Assembly (NCBI GenBank): GCA_946547305.1
Contig: CAMNOX010000005.1
Span: 8,654 to 72,653, forward strand
DNA: 64,000 nt
Direction: 5' to 3'
DNA from: an uncultured Cytophagales bacterium
Lineage (GTDB): Bacteria; Bacteroidota; Bacteroidia; Cytophagales; Amoebophilaceae
A program made the translations under genes and the position numbers. The notes beneath the pieces are model-generated. The model was not told the DNA's origin. It ran no database searches and saw nothing but the letters and a program-made list of their open reading frames with translations. This document shows positions 63,242-64,000 of this stretch, piece by piece. Every line of letters starts with the position of its first letter. Positions within the stretch are counted from its first letter, which is position 1.

Positions 63242-64000
63242 ATGTTTAGCAATATAAGGAATATAATGTTTAGATTAATAAAGTTTAGTATAATTTTGTC
63301 AATGAATTTTTTATTAATTAACGGAATGGAAAGTGATAGTAATATTAAAAATAACTATAATGATGCTGACAAGGTTGTAGAAGCGACATATGAATTGAGT
63401 GAAGGTGTAAATAATATAGATATATTTGGTAGTAAGTTTGTTGAGAATAATAAGGATAATTTTAAGATATATGTAAATGGTAAAGGGCGTGAGTTGTCTA
63501 GTAAATTTAATGTTAATGCAGTTAATGCTGATAGTAATAGTCTTGTAGTCAGATTGGTTTATAAAGATGGAAGTATTGTTAGGGTTACTAATTTGTCAGA
63601 TATGTTTTACGGGTGTGATGTTTTGAGTGATGTTAAATTTTCTGGTACGTTTAATACTAGTAATGTTACTAATATGAGTGGTATGTTTCCCTATTGTTCG
63701 TCATTATTGTCATTATCAGATATATCTAAATGGAATATTAGGAATGTTGCTGATATGGATTGTATGTTTACTGGATGTAAGTCATTATCGTTCTTACCAG
63801 ATATATCTAAGTTGGATATTAGTAATGTTACTGATATTAGAGGTATGTTTTCTTATTGTTCATCGTTACTATCATTACCAGATATATCTAAATGGAATAC
63901 TAGTAAAGTTTCTGATATGAGTCATATGTTTCATAGGTGTTTATTATTAGTAAGATTACCAGATATATCTAAATGGAATACTAATAATGTTATTGATATG
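63242..64000 (+). CDS. DUF285/BspA-like leucine-rich-repeat protein, 5' part (runs off the right edge)
   Basis: Not in the ORF track. ATG at 63242, with the frame closed upstream by TAA at 63218-63220. It translates to MFSNIRNIMFRLIKFSIILSMNFLLINGMESDSNIKNNYNDADKVVEATYELSEGVNNIDIFGSKFVENNKDNFKIYVNGKGREL..., followed by repeat units to the window end. Confidence 0.75.
   Translation, partial: MFSNIRNIMFRLIKFSIILSMNFLLINGMESDSNIKNNYNDADKVVEATYELSEGVNNIDIFGSKFVENNKDNFKIYVNGKGRELSSKFNVNAVNADSNSLVVRLVYKDGSIVRVTNLSDMFYGCDVLSDVKFSGTFNTSNVTNMSGMFPYCSSLLSLSDISKWNIRNVADMDCMFTGCKSLSFLPDISKLDISNVTDIRGMFSYCSSLLSLPDISKWNTSKVSDMSHMFHRCLLLVRLPDISKWNTNNVIDM

Noticed and set aside
62777-63920. ORFs 62777-63007, 63036-63257 and 63678-63920
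   Set aside because: They are off-frame readings of LRR repeat units or of the conserved upstream/leader block. The in-frame LRR genes (61648-63039 and 63242 onward) explain these regions.
59137-63960. Regular 81-nt repeats as a possible CRISPR array
   Set aside because: The repeats are contiguous with no unique spacers, and they are in frame over hundreds of codons. They vary mostly at defined codon positions and encode a recognisable LRR-type unit. No cas genes are present.
1-64000. Transposases, integrases, phage structural clusters, toxin-antitoxin pairs, restriction-modification or other defence systems, rRNA
   Set aside because: I looked for DDE, tyrosine or serine recombinase, terminase/portal and methylase motifs among all ORFs of at least 60 aa and found none. 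The only phage-related proteins are the VgrG-like and baseplate-J-like genes, which I interpret as contractile-injection-system parts.

Overview
Very AT-rich bacterial DNA that uses the standard code: several clear genes end in TGA, and Trp is TGG. The conserved genes look Bacteroidota-like: a grpE-dnaJ pair, an archaeal/eukaryote-type ProRS, a type-2 IleRS remnant, a FeoA-FeoB fusion, an Omp85 protein and a bS22-like micro-ORF. The accessory content resembles an obligate intracellular symbiont of a eukaryote (Amoebophilus/Cardinium-like lifestyle); this is a guess and was not tested.

Housekeeping genes seen: rng, an RluB-type pseudouridine synthase, mutL, a NadR-like gene, trmD, tsaC, an M42 peptidase, comF, tatD, proS, dnaJ, grpE, ftsY, leuS and five tRNAs (Lys-CTT, CAT, Leu-TAG, Ala-TGC, Phe-GAA).

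Accessory content:
1. A minus-strand tandem family at 23.0-27.2 kb. These are small signal-peptide proteins with Lys-rich repeat linkers that end in Cys clusters (CCC up to C8). Two members are frameshifted.
2. A plus-strand array of lipoprotein-like paralogs at 47.2-52.9 kb. They share a leader of the form MK.VLKAK...IDFIYSGC(CC)KKKG, and two are pseudogenes.
3. At least three tandem genes made of 81-nt (27-aa) DUF285/BspA-like leucine-rich repeats at 58.7-64 kb.
4. Eukaryote-like effector candidates: a SET-domain methyltransferase, a USP-like deubiquitinase and an LCAT-like lipase.
5. Two dispersed contractile-injection-system parts: a VgrG/Afp8-like spike and a 1223-aa baseplate-J-like protein.

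The most unusual single gene is leuS, which carries an in-frame insert of about 186 codons containing a perfect Nudix box.

Gene erosion is frequent: an ileS 3' remnant, feoAB without its permease, a gatC-like stub, degenerate MutL endonuclease motifs and four frameshifted or nonsense family members. I found no transposases, CRISPR arrays, rRNA or prophage integrases. All calls come from reading motifs by eye; no searches were run.
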